Counted from the first letter of the stretch, positions 24,483-35,900 are shown. The stretch is 64,000 bases of DNA from Felis catus (GCF_018350175.1 NC_058369.1:81964001-82028000), one strand, 5' to 3'. The notes: a model not told the origin generated them from the sequence alone. Translations and numbers: made by a program.

Positions 24483-25094
24483 GTAAGCTTTGTCTTCTAT
24501 ATCGCATTTGTCCAGTGTGGCAGGAAGGTCTATTTTCAGGGATTTCAGTCTTCCCAAAATATATAAAAAACCTCCCACTCTAGCACACACCTAGTTCCAA
24601 CAAGCAGTAGAAAGGAGTTTTGTTTTTATTAAGATATGATGTAGGGGACAAGTCAAAATAACATCCCAAGTGCGGTAATATTCTCCAGAAAACATTCATC
24701 AAGCACCAAGCCCACCCCCCTCCCCAGTCTTACATCCTGGGCTAGTGTAGCTGAACACCATAGATTCCCACTGGCAGGACAGTGGCCAGGCTGGCACTGG
24801 TTTTATCCATAGGGCTTTATGTCCTTGCACCCCTGCTCAGGCTACACCTTACTTTCCCATGTCTGGCCACTGGGGCCACCAAGGTAGATTGGGAATGTTG
24901 TCACGGCCTTCTGCAGACTATGCACTTGGTGGCATCAAAGGCCTCAAGGCCACAGCTTTCTTCTCCAACCACTGACCTAAATCTAGGTCTATCACTGGAC
25001 CGACACATCGGGTGCCGAGTTCTGCCTACTCCCATGACCTTCTAATATTCTTAAAATGGCATTAAGGATCTCTTTTTAAGAAGACTACATTCTT

Positions 25095-25323
25095 GGGGCG
25101 CCTGGGTGGTGCAGTCGGTTAAGCGTCCGACTTCAGCCAGGTCACAATCTCACGGTCCGTGAGTTCGAGCCCCGCGTCGGGCTCTGGGCTGATGGCTCAG
25201 AGCCTGGAGCCTGTTTCCAATTCTGTGTCTCCCTCTCTCTCTGCCCCTCCCCCGTTCATGCTCTGTCTCTTTCTGTCCCAAAAATAAATAAACGTTGAAA
25301 AAAAAAATTAAAAAAAAAAAAAA
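25095..25323 (+). mobile_element. Young felid CAN-SINE
   Basis: CpG-rich; perfect 16-bp TSD AAGAAGACTACATTCT at 25078-25093 and 25324-25339. Confidence 0.95.
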
Positions 25324-25874
25324 AAGAAGACTACATTCTGGGGACCTACAGCTCACTCTCAGACTGGCACGTAGATATCCCCCAAAGGATCACTATTCAC
25401 TCCCTATCCCAAGAAGACATGCCTTCCAAACACACACTAGAAATGCCTGAAAATAGGGTCAGATTTGTAATTTCCACACTGCCTGGGACTCTATTTTTTA
25501 GGGCATTCATTTTTATCTATGACGTCCCAGCTGTCATTTACCTGTCTCCATTATTTAGAGTTCTTTTTTAATGCTGTTAAGAAATTCCTCTATTCTTCAG
25601 AAGCACAGGCAGAATCTTGAGGACCCTGAGGTTCAAAGCAAGGTGCTGACCACTTCTGTCCTCTGGTTCTACTTCACTCCTTATTTCCCTCTTTGTTAAC
25701 ATTTGCTCACCAATGACTTACTCCAGCCTTTTTCAAAACCATGGAAATAGTGTGTAATTAAAGCTATTAAAGCTGGAATATAGTGAATTTAAAACCCACT
25801 AACCAGTTTATGATAAACCCTAAACCCCAGCAACAGAGTGATACTTGGGTAACATGGGTCATTCCAATTAGATG

Positions 25875-25875
<1 letters not shown>

Positions 25876-25924
<49 letters not shown>
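25876..25924. repeat. (TG)~24 microsatellite
   Basis: Uninterrupted TG run in the last CCDC146 intron. Confidence 0.97.
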
Positions 25925-25926
<2 letters not shown>

Positions 25927-26082
25927 AGCGACTCCACCCTCATACCCATCTGTCCCTTTGGGGGAATATCAGTCAACACAGCCTAAGACTGCTCAGACCC
26001 AGCTGTGTCTGCTGGGCCCTGAGGATGAACTGGCTTCACTATAGTTTTCAGGAAACTCAAAACGAAAAATCATTCTTTGCAG

Positions 26083-26286
26083 GAGTTCTTGGCGGCAGAT
26101 ATTCGCCAGCTACCCAACGGTGTTTACACAACTGCAGAGCCACGTCCAAATGCCTATATCCCAGAGGCAGAGGCCGCTCTTCCCTTGCCAAAACCATATG
26201 GCGCTTTGGCTCCTTTTAAGCCCAGTGAACCTGGGGCCAATATGAGGCACATAAGAAAACCTGTTATAAAGCCAATTGAAATCTGA
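26083..26286 (+). CDS. CCDC146: CCDC146 last coding exon to TGA
   Basis: ttgcag|GAG TTC TTG...GAA ATC TGA; [27 protein letters not shown]...[12 protein letters not shown], matching the recalled human C-terminus. Confidence 0.96.
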   Translation, partial: EFLAADIRQLPNGVYTTAEPRPNAYIPEAEAALPLPKPYGALAPFKPSEPGANMRHIRKPVIKPIEI

Positions 26287-26606
26287 GTATGTGAACCAAT
26301 CCAGGCTTCTCAACGAGAGACACTTGAATCAGGTTTCCTCATATCCACAGCTGGAAAATATCAGCATAAGAATTCTAATGTACAAATTATTGCAAAATAT
26401 TGCAATTGACCACCAGTGGAGAACAACATGGCTTCCTTTTACACTCATCAACTACTATATTTTACATGATGTTAAGTAGGACACAGAATTGTCCTACAGT
26501 TATGGCAAGGCATATATCTGTAGTGTTTATTTTTTTTTCTTTTTCACTCTATATATTGACTACCTTTCAGAAATGTATAGTCCAGGGGCTATAAAAATGC
26601 AAGAAA

Positions 26607-26612
26607 AATAAA
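26607..26612 (+). terminator. Candidate proximal poly(A) signal of CCDC146
   Basis: First AATAAA after the stop (about 320 nt downstream); cleavage site not observed. Confidence 0.5.
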
Positions 26613-26675
26613 TCAAATTTCAGTGACGTACAGAAATTGGCAGAGTGGTCTCTGTTTATTAAAGAAGAAGAAAAT

Positions 26676-26888
26676 GGGATGCCAGGGTGGCTCAGTAGGT
26701 TAAGCATCTGACTTTCGGTTCAAGTCATGATCTTGCAGTTCATGGGTTCGAGCCCCGCGTTGGCTCTGTGCTGATAGCTCAGAGCCTGGAGCCCGCTTCA
26801 GATTCTGTGACTCCCTTGCTCTCTACCCCTCCCCTACATGTACTCTGTCTCTGTCTCTCTCTCTCAAAAACAGACATTTAAAAAAATT
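26676..26888 (+). mobile_element. CAN-SINE downstream of CCDC146
   Basis: Head/(CT)/A-tail; ttaaagaagaa flanks. Confidence 0.92.
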
Positions 26889-27129
26889 TAAAGAAGAAAA
26901 ACACAAATACTATTCAATATATTCACTTGAAAGGGAAAGACAGAATGATTGTTTAAAAAGGAAAACATCCCAAGTAACACAGGGGTATAATTCACTTTGT
27001 TAAATAGTTGTATTTGAAATTATTGTGGTAAATGTAAATCAAATAAAAAGCAGTAAGGAGATTTGTCCTTTTTAAAGTATATTATGGTAATTCTTTTTAC
27101 AAATAAAGAATCCTTTTGCTTATTTTATA

Positions 27130-27178
27130 TTTATCTTATAAATCTAGATTTATAAATTTATCTTATAAATCTAGATTT
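27130..27178. repeat. 22-bp direct repeat (period 27) containing a perfect 20-bp palindrome
   Basis: tttatcttataaatctagattt at 27130-27151 and 27157-27178; palindrome TTATAAATCTAGATTTATAA at 27136-27155. Confidence 0.9.
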
Positions 27179-27484
27179 TTTACAATGTTATATATAAATA
27201 AACCTGTGATTATTTTAAGTTCTGACTCCAGATTCTTAAAAATTCCAAGGAAGACATTTATAGCTTTGCATGTGGCAGAATTGAAAATGAGGCCAATTCC
27301 ACTTATTTCATTACTCTAATTTTATTGCATTTCACCCACGTATATTTTCCTAATTCCGTTTTTATATTTTCTCATGTATGAAAATACACAAGTAAATTTG
27401 AAAACTGATTTCACTTCATATATTCAAGCTGTATTTCATATTGGTATCAGGTATGGATTTTGTGTCATAATTCTGGGAGTAAGA

Positions 27485-27612
27485 NNNNNNNNNNNNNNNN
27501 NNNNNNNNNNNNNNNNNNNNNNNNNNNNNNNNNNNNNNNNNNNNNNNNNNNNNNNNNNNNNNNNNNNNNNNNNNNNNNNNNNNNNNNNNNNNNNNNNNNN
27601 NNNNNNNNNNNN
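27485..27612. other. Assembly gap (128 N)
   Basis: Run of N. Confidence 0.99.
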
Positions 27613-27949
27613 ATTTTTGCTAAATCAAACAAAATATTTTGCAAACCCACATCCTGCCAGACCGGAAGGAAATTTAATCTCATTCTCAGCCTACAAGTCA
27701 GTCCTGAATCTAACTGGATGGTTTGGAAAGTTATTAAGAAGTAAAGTGTCTATGATAAGTAACACTGTGTGGTTAACACAAAGAAATACTGTATACTTAA
27801 ACACAAATCCTGTGTTGTAGGAATTAGTAATTGCATTAGGGATCCAAAAAATATACATGTAGGAACAATATAAGAATGGAAACATAATTTGTAACACAAA
27901 GGGATGGATGTTTAAATATTACAGGTGTGCTACTGGCTAAGAGGGGGAG

Positions 27950-28700
27950 GGTGCCACTGTGTGTTGGAATGGCCAGGGATCACAGTCAGATGGAGCTTTT
28001 TATCTGGCCCTTAAACATAATTAAGATTTTAATAAGTGAGGAGGGGATTCCAAGTGGGGGGAAAAGCCTAAGCAAAGTTTGGAAGTAAGAAGACAAAAGC
28101 TGAATTCAAGGCCCAGCGAACTGGCCCGGCTAGAACAGCATGTTCACGTTGGGGAATTGTGTAAGAGCCACAAGGAGTTTGGATCCTATCCTGTAATGAA
28201 TGGCAAATCATTGAAAGGCTAGGAGCAGGACCAGTTTCAGCGTAAGTCTGAGGAATCAGACTTTAGAAAGACACCAAAACACAAGTGTGAAAAAGAAAAG
28301 GGTAGGGAGTGAAAACCAATGACCTTCTCAAGAGAAAAAAAAGTCTAACATGCTGACAAGGCCCCCAGATTTGCAGCCTCTGTGATGATTAAATATGTGA
28401 CCAAAAAGGGAAATTCTGTAGTGGAGGACAATATTTGGAACACAACTATGATTTCAGAAAAGAAGTTGAATTAGGACACCAGCTAGTGATAATTATAATC
28501 GTTAAAATTTCACAAGATCACTGCAGGAAACAGGGTGAAGAGAAAAAAAGCAAAGGGTAGACTGACCCCGGGCAAGCAACTACCATTATAGATCAGAATA
28601 TAGTCACTGTAAGAGAGAGAGGGAAGAAAAAAGAAAAATAGGAGAACTAGGTAGGTGTCATGGGGGCCTCTGAGGGAACATACTCACAGACTCATGATTC
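27950..28700 (-). mobile_element. Degenerate L2 fragments, approximate
   Basis: Purine-rich motifs (ggattccaag...agcaaag..., tggatcctatcctg...cattgaaagg) typical of antisense L2. Confidence 0.4.
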
Positions 28701-29092
28701 CTGGCTGGGATAAAAAGGCCATGTTGAGAAAATGAAAGAGGCCAAAACCTTCAGTGTTTCTTATTTTAATGGCAAGATATTACTAAATCAAACTTTTATA
28801 AATACAAAAAAAAAAAAGAACTTTAACATATACATACAGTTCCATCTGAACCATTATAAAAACAAATCCTACTCTAAATACTGGATGTACACACTGCCGT
28901 ATGTTACAAATTATTCTATTCTAGAAATAGCAGATTTGACCTGGTCCAAATTCAGCTCTTTAAAAAGTATCCTCTTTCCAAATACAGTTCTTACGTAACA
29001 TTTAATTTTTCTGCTTGTCCTATGTTGTTTTCAACGACACATCTAGTTTCTGTTTTTCTACACACTGTTCCCTACATTTTTTTAAAGCATAT

Positions 29093-29098
29093 TTTATT
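29093..29098 (-). terminator. Candidate GSAP poly(A) signal (AATAAA); a second candidate ATTAAA lies at 28765-28770
   Basis: TTTATT on + strand about 315 nt past the stop; usage not observable. Confidence 0.35.
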
Positions 29099-29412
29099 TC
29101 AGATTGCAACAGAAACTAGCTTTTGGCCTAGGAAGCCATTAGGAAGGTAAGCCACTAGGGAAGAGCATCACTGATGACACTGCGTGCCTCCTGGGACTGT
29201 CGGTCACTGACCTCTTGTCTGCTGTCCAAAACTGGGATGAGGCACAGCAGTTTGATTCTGTCTCAACAAGTACCAGACTGAAAGTCAGACGGCTTGACAA
29301 TGCATTCTGACTTTGGTTACCAATTTTAAATATTGGTCAAGGATTCCTGACAGAGGTCAAGCTAATGAGCAAGATTAAACTATTGGAGGCGGGTATAATT
29401 GCATTCTCTCTT

Positions 29413-29504
29413 TTACAAGCCTAAAAGCATCATGGTGTGTTTCAGAGCTGCTTCCTCTACAAATTTTGCATCCACATTGTCATGTCCTTCAAAAGCATAC
29501 AGGG
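29413..29504 (-). CDS. GSAP: GSAP last coding exon to TAA
   Basis: tcccag|CC CTG TAT...GGC TTG TAA; (A)LYAFEGHDNVDAKFVEEAALKHTMMLLGL*, matching the recalled human C-terminus. Confidence 0.95.
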
Positions 29505-29936
29505 CTGGGAAAAAAACAAAAAGAGAGAGAGAGAGAGAAAGAGAGAGAGGAGAAAAGAGTTACTATGAAGCCATGGAACTTCTATAACATTGTGCTCGCA
29601 GCTCGCTGAAATTGTAATTCTTTTATATTTTGGTAATACACATTATTCTGAAAATGTGTGGTTAAAATTTATCAAACCTCAGCCCTAAGCAAGGTCATTT
29701 GCAGCAACCAAATGGGTTTTGAATCTCTTAAATCCTTTTAAAACCTCAAAGGTGATTATCCCTTTGGTAATTTACTCTAAGAACTAAATTGTACATTACA
29801 AACTAAGACCAACTGCAGAAAGGACTAAGTTGTAAGTAAGGGGTATTCTGGAAAGAAAAGGCTACACAGAAATGAATAGGGACTGATGTGTCAAGAGAAC
29901 AGCAGGGAAATGCTAAGAGTGGAGGAGTGAAATTAC

Positions 29937-30036
29937 CTTGATTGGAGGATTCTATGTCTGTCAGTATTTCAACGAAGTAGTTCAGAGGCAGAAATTCCAC
30001 ACTGAATGACGACTTGTGAATCACGGAACTTGGGGG
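29937..30036 (-). CDS. GSAP: GSAP penultimate coding exon
   Basis: ttttag|CCC CCA AGT...CAA G|gtaatt; PPSSVIHKSSFSVEFLPLNYFVEILTDIESSNQ; 100 nt. Confidence 0.94.
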
Positions 30037-30196
30037 CTAAAAGAGAAACCACTTCTGGTATCAGTTGAATCTCCCCAACATGCACAAACTTACAAAAAGG
30101 GCACAGAATGACAATTGCTACCTATATGGATACATTGAAGTGGGCAGACAGGCTCCAAAGAACATTTAGTGGGGCTGTGCTTTCCCACGGACTCAC

Positions 30197-30298
30197 CTTT
30201 TTCTTATAGTTCTGCAGCAGTCTCTTCACGTGGTTCCGGGAAATAATGTTAGAGCTCATAGGATGATCCCAAAGTCGACAGATCTTCTGACCAATAAG
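30197..30298 (-). CDS. GSAP: GSAP coding exon
   Basis: taaaag|CTT ATT GGT...AAA AAG|gtgagt; LIGQKICRLWDHPMSSNIISRNHVKRLLQNYKKK; 102 nt. Confidence 0.94.
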
Positions 30299-30324
30299 CT
30301 TTTATGCAAATTGAAAAATATGTA

Positions 30325-30632
30325 GAGGGGGAGTTTTAGGGCAGTGGAAACACTGTATAGATACTATAATGATGAACCCATTGCATCATACACTTGNNNN
30401 NNNNNNNNNNNNNNNNNNNNNNNNNNNNNNNNNNNNNNNNNNNNNNNNNNNNNNNNNNNNNNNNNNNNNNNNNNNNNNNNNNNNNNNNNNNNNNNNNNNN
30501 NNNNNNNNNNNNNNNNNNNNNNNNNNNNNNNNNNNNNNNNNNNNNNNNNNNNNNGGGGGCATATGGTGAATCTCTGCACCTTCCACTCAATTTTCCTGTG
30601 AACCTAAAACTACTCTAAAAAAATTAAGTCAA
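30325..30632 (+). mobile_element. Old L1M (L1MC/MD-like) 3' end spanning the second gap
   Basis: ttttagggcagtggaaac...gatactataatg...[N]...ctcaattttcctgtgaacctaaaactactctaaaaaa. Confidence 0.7.
30397..30554. other. Assembly gap (158 N)
   Basis: Run of N. Confidence 0.99.
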
Positions 30633-30731
30633 TAATAACAATAAAAGAACGGAAAAAATATAGAGAGGAGAATATAGCTTACAGTGCATTAAGTAAATGT
30701 ACCTTGTATCTATTTATAATTTTAAAAGAAT

Positions 30732-30960
30732 GGGGGCGCCTGGGTGGCTCAGTTGGTTAAGCGGCCGACTTCGGCTCAGGTCATGATCTCGCGGTCTGTG
30801 AGTTCGAGCCCCGTGTCGGGCTCTGTGCTGACAGCTCAGAGCCTGGAGCCTGTTTCAGATTCTGTGTCTCCCTCTCTCTGACCCTCCCCGTTCATGCTTT
30901 GTCTCTCTCTGTCTCAAAAATAAATAAACGTTAAAAAAAATTTTTTTTTAATAATAATTT
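30732..30960 (+). mobile_element. CAN-SINE
   Basis: CpG-rich head; aaaagaat flanks. Confidence 0.94.
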
Positions 30961-30990
30961 AAAAAGAATTATTCAAAAGTAGCTAGTCTC

Positions 30991-31169
30991 GGGTGCCTGG
31001 GTGGCTTAGTCGGTTAAGCATCCAACTTCAGCTCAGGTCATGATCTTGCAGTTTGTGGGTTCGAGCCCCACATAAGGCTCTGTGCTGACAGCTCAGAGCC
31101 TGGAGCCTGCTTCGGATTCTGTGTCTCCCTCTCTCTCTGCCCCTCCCCCACTCACACTCTGTCTCTCTC

Positions 31170-31201
<32 letters not shown>

Positions 31202-31225
31202 AAAAATAAACATTAAAAAAAATGA
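30991..31225 (+). mobile_element. CAN-SINE whose A-tail hosts a younger SINE (tail resumes about 31441-31465)
   Basis: Outer TSD aagtagctagtct / aagtaactagtct. Confidence 0.92.
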
Positions 31226-31440
31226 GGGGCGCCTGGGTGGCGCAGTCGGTTAAGCGTCCGACTTCAGCCAGGTCACGATCTCACGGTCCGTGAGTTCGAG
31301 CCCCGCGTCAGGCTCTGGGCTGATGGCTCAGAGCCTGGAGCCTGTTTTCGATTCAGTGTCTCCCTCTCTCTCTGCCCCTCCCCCGTTCATGCTCTGTCTC
31401 TCTCTGTCCCAAAAATAAATAAACGTTGAAAAAAAAATGA
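31226..31440 (+). mobile_element. Young felid CAN-SINE inserted in the A-tail of the previous SINE
   Basis: aaaaaaaatga on both sides; near-identical to 25095-25323. Confidence 0.94.
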
Positions 31441-32580
31441 AAAAAAAAATGAAAAAAATTTAAAAACAAGTAACTAGTCTAAAAGAGAGGCCCTTTATGG
31501 TTAATGGCCCTTGAAGAAAGGCCATTTCCTATGAGCTGTGCTTCTGAATTTTGAATAAATACTCCCTTAAATGCAACCCTCAGGAAAGTAGCTTATACAC
31601 TGATGTTGCCAAATTCTTTTTCTGAAATGGAGTTCATCTGCTACTCTTCAAAATCGGGTACCTGCAACTCTAAGTGATACCTTGATAGGAAAGAAAAGTC
31701 TGTAGCCATGTTTCTCTGCCAATGTCTTGCCCAGAAAATTATAATTCCCTAAGAGTTTGAGGCAAAAAAAAAAAAAAAAAAATTAGAGACCGAACTAAAT
31801 GTTCAGAGGCCTTCCCCAGAGAGATATAGCCATGGAAAGTATGCTTTGTTTTCTACCCTCGCCTTTGCTTCACTAAGCTGTGAGGAGGAGAGGGTGTTAC
31901 AAAGGAAGATGATTAGGTCCAGAAAGGCAACGGACATCCCTTTGTGGGAGGACTGTGCCAGAGATACGAGTGTTCAAGGTATGCAAACAGAGCAGAGAGC
32001 TGGCCGAGGCTCTCAGGGTCAGGAAGTTTGTGGAGTCCGAGGCTCTGAAGACCTTGCTGTGGAATTTCATATTTTCTTAGTATTTCTGACTCAGAGAGCT
32101 AATATCCTCCATAAAAATAAGGAGTGTCTTTCTCTCACGTTCCTCATTCTTCCTTCGACCTGGGAATGTTTTCCTGCTGTGGTGGAAATGACAGTGGGAG
32201 GAAATGCAGTTTCAGAACCTTCTGACCTCACCTGTATTTAAATTTCTTATCAGTTTAAATGCCAAAAGCACATGTTTCCCTTGTCCCTCCCCTCAGACTC
32301 ACAGACGTAAATATTAGCGTGGTTTCCTAAGAGGGGAAAATGGCTCAGTGCTTCAGGCAGGCTGTGCCAGGCAGTACAAAGCCAGAGGAACAAGCCCTTT
32401 GTGGGCGCAGCAGGGAACGGCCGACGGGTGGGGATGGATGGGATTTCTTGGAAAGGACTGAAAAGTGAAACAATTCAGTTGACTTTAGCCCAAAACAAGT
32501 AAATGCTCCCTTTACAAGAAGAAACTGAAGGACGTTCATACCAAGGCTTATGGAGAGAATAAAATATAATTCAGGATTAC

Positions 32581-32642
32581 CGGGGGAAGCCGCACAATGA
32601 TGCTGAATTTTAGTTTTTCATTTTTCTCTGTATTGTCCAGAT
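32581..32642 (-). CDS. GSAP: GSAP coding exon
   Basis: ttgtag|AT CTG GAC...CCC CCG|gtaatc; (D)LDNTEKNEKLKFSIIVRLPP; 62 nt. Confidence 0.94.
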
Positions 32643-33476
32643 CTACAAGAAAGGTAGATTGGCAAATAAAACAAACCTCCACTTTAATATCTGAGCAAGC
32701 CAAATACTACTTTAGTGGTTCATTCTGATAACACACATCCCAACCTTGTATTCTCATGTTAAGTCTAACAATACCTTGAAAATTTTAGTTTGTGTCTCTG
32801 AATAAAAGGGCTTTGTTTTTATTGAAGCTGTTTCTATATGGCGTGGAACATGGCTGCCAGCCACAGAACAATTTTACTAACTTAAAACAGAAGGCACCTT
32901 GAGGAATGGCAAATACTTTAACACACATTAACAAAACTCATCTATAAAATACCACAATGAGTAATTTCAGCAAGTGATTATACTAGGGGCTGTCGAGTGC
33001 AAATTCATGTAAGCCCTGCATCTCTTAACTTTTCTTGCATTTCAAGCCTAAGTCTGAGATGACAGAGTTAATCAGCTGAAAGTAAGCCATTTCATGACAT
33101 TTTCTTGAGAAACAAGCCTTCAGAGTCTCGTATCCTCAAGTGCCCCCGTGTACAGAGAAGGAATGTAATAGCTGTGTGTGGACTGAGAAGCCCTTTGGGG
33201 CCTCTTGAAGGTCTAAGGCACTTTAAATGAGCCCAAAGGCTGGTTACAGGAAATGAACAGGACCAACTGCATATTACGTGGAATCCATTGCAAAAGGCCA
33301 ATGAGGATCCCCTTGTTCCGCTACTAAGAATTTCAAGATTTAACGCAGAGCGTTCAACAGGGCACAGGGCACTCCTGAGTGCAGCGGGGCCCCGTGTGAT
33401 CCCACAGGGCCACACCCACGAAGCCAGCCTGATGGTGCTCAGCCTGGAGCACTCTGGCAGACTCAGAGCCTCGTAC

Positions 33477-33596
33477 CTTTCATGAGCCTTGTGACAGCTG
33501 TTTCCGTGAGAAGCAACACTCCGCTATCAATGTAATGCAGCAGGTTGTGCAAAGGGAGACAGTGGACACCCAGGATCGTGTGCAGAGTGTGAAAAC
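33477..33596 (-). CDS. GSAP: GSAP coding exon
   Basis: tgctag|GT TTT CAC...AAA G|gtacga; (G)FHTLHTILGVHCLPLHNLLHYIDSGVLLLTETAVTRLMK; 120 nt. Confidence 0.94.
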
Positions 33597-34251
33597 CTAG
33601 CAGAGAGATCAGGAGGGTGAACACAGTCGGCCAGCATCCCAGCCTTCCAGAGGAAAGGAATTCAGTGATGTAGATAAAGCGCTTAGCTTGGTCCCTTGGC
33701 ACCTAGAGTCAAATAAACGCTGCTAGAAGACAAGGTCCAAGTTTCCTTCTTTGTGTTACCACGACCAAGTAGTGCTCTGGGTACATAGTAAGTTCCCAAC
33801 AAGAATGTACTGCCTTCACCTCATGTCCCTTCGTAGGCAAACAGACAAAATGCAAGGCCTGCCCAATGAAAAATAGTTTTACAGTTTAATAGGTTTGCGA
33901 TTCTACAGTAAGATGGCAAAAGAGAACAATTAACAAGAATTTCAAACCCCATATGGCCAGGCCAAAAGGCTGATAGATGGGGACCACGTTGTTGAAGAGG
34001 AAACATTTTGGACCAGAAGAGGACAGTCTATATGCCTGATCTCTGGGTATGCCCTAAAGAAAGGCTTTGGGGGTCTACTTGAAGTAAATTATAAAAAAGA
34101 AAAATGTAAATAATATGGTCAGATAGCATATCTATAGGAATTCAACAGAGAGGATGGCCCACCCTCATACCTAAGTCCTGTGGGGAGGGTTACTCAAACA
34201 CTCAGAAACCTAGAGTTCTAAGTGTACTGTTAGCAACACACAATAAAAACA

Positions 34252-34486
34252 GGGGCGCCTGATGGTTCAGTCGATTAAGCGTCTGACTCTTGGTTTCAGC
34301 TCAGGTCATGATCTCACGGTTTGTGAGTTTGAGCCCCGCATGGGGCTCTGCGCTGACAGCACTGGAGCCTTTTCAGGATCCTCTCTCTTTCCTGTCTCTG
34401 CCTCTCTCAAAATAAATAAATAAACTTTAATAATAATAATAATATAATAATAATAATAACAATAATAATAATAATAAATAAAAACA
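34252..34486 (+). mobile_element. CAN-SINE with tail expanded into (TAA)n STR (34428-34486)
   Basis: Head ggggcgcctgatgg; about 19 imperfect TAA units. Confidence 0.92.
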
Positions 34487-34889
34487 ACATCCAAGGGAGA
34501 AGAAGATAGCACTCCAGCAGATAATCAGAAAAGCCCTCTTGGAAAAGACAGCATAGAAGGGGACCTTTGAAGGGTAAATGCGATTCCTGTGTGTGGAAAT
34601 GAGGCCAGAGAACATACAGAGTGGAGACAGTTTAAAAAAAAAAAAAAAGCCAGGCTTGTCATGAGCAGACCAAAGCTAGAATCCTGCCGTGTTGCTTGCT
34701 CACCATAGGTAACTAAGCCCCTATGATCCTGTTTCTTCATCCCTAAAATGGAGCCACCAGTACAGTTCCCACAGTGTGGCTTTGAGAACTAGAGCAAAGT
34801 CTATGAAGCACAGAGCACGTGGTAGAACAACAGTGACAAATAACAAACACGTATTGAGGCCTTCAGTCTAGGCACCGGCCAACTTGATC

Positions 34890-35020
34890 TTCATACAACA
34901 CTATTAGGTGGGAACTACCTGATTCCCATTTTATAAATGGGGAAACCAAGATCCACAGGCACTAAGAAGGTTGCCCAGAATCATACCATTAGTAAGTGGC
35001 AGAGCTAAATTTGAAGGCGG
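34890..35020 (-). mobile_element. MIR SINE
   Basis: cccattttataaatggggaaaccaag...ttgcccag...agtaagtggcagagct. Confidence 0.7.
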
Positions 35021-35204
35021 GCTATGGAATTTTAGCCTATAACATTACCCTGCACCAATAACTGGCAGCTGGGTTAACGGGACAACAGGAACAGAGGCCC
35101 AAAAGTGAGAAAGTACAGGGCATGTTCAGAAAGCATTAAATGACCCAGCTGAGTTGGAATCAGGTGTATGAGAGGAATGGTAGGAGGTAAGGCTGGAATG
35201 GTTA

Positions 35205-35900
35205 GTTTATTTAACAAATCAGACGCCTTCCAGACACCAGGCAAGGAGCTGGGTGCACGATAATGAGCAAAACAGACATCACTGCTGCTCCCATCCACCT
35301 TCCGGTCTGATGGGAAGACAATCAGATAGTCACAAAATATACATTCTTAAAAATGTGATCAGTTCCATGAAGGAAAAGTGCAGGGTGCCCTGAGTATTGG
35401 CAGGGACTGAGAGCTGAATGATGGCAAGGAATATCTTATTTATTAGACTCTGGAGAGGGATACTGAAAGTTTCTGAGCAAGATGGAAAAAGGATTTCAGT
35501 TTTACTCTTGGAATATTAAAATGGCAACAGGCAAAGAATGGACTGGAGTATCAACACTTTGCTACAAGAGGTATGGAGACTTACAGGAGGCTACTGCATG
35601 AACCTGCACCAGAGGTGATGAGGGCATTGACCCTGAAAGAGGAAGGGAGGGATTGGGGGAGACACGTGGCAACAGGTACAGAATTGGAAACTGAGGGGGT
35701 GTGGATAGGGAATAACAAAGGATCACAGCCTAATCTTAGGAATTTACATGACAAGGAAATGATGCCCAAAGAGCAGGAACTTGAATTCAGAGCCATCATG
35801 GAGTTTTCTGTCTCTGAGCCTATGAATCATGAGCAATGAGGGACTGAGTCCGGAGTTCTGGCCACATCAAGGGTCAGATAAAGTGCAGACTCTGCCCACA
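35205..35900 (-). mobile_element. L2 fragment, approximate
   Basis: tttatttaacaaat...ccaggca...gctggg...taatgagcaaaacagacat = antisense L2 3' end, followed by purine-rich L2 body. Confidence 0.6.

Noticed and set aside
1-26286. Nested FGL2 gene expected in CCDC146
   Set aside because: No fibrinogen-like coding sequence seen; as recalled it lies in an early intron upstream of this window.
33300-33720. Moderately CpG-rich patch around a GSAP exon
   Set aside because: Lower density than 12427-12619, partly coding, and no internal control showing selective retention.
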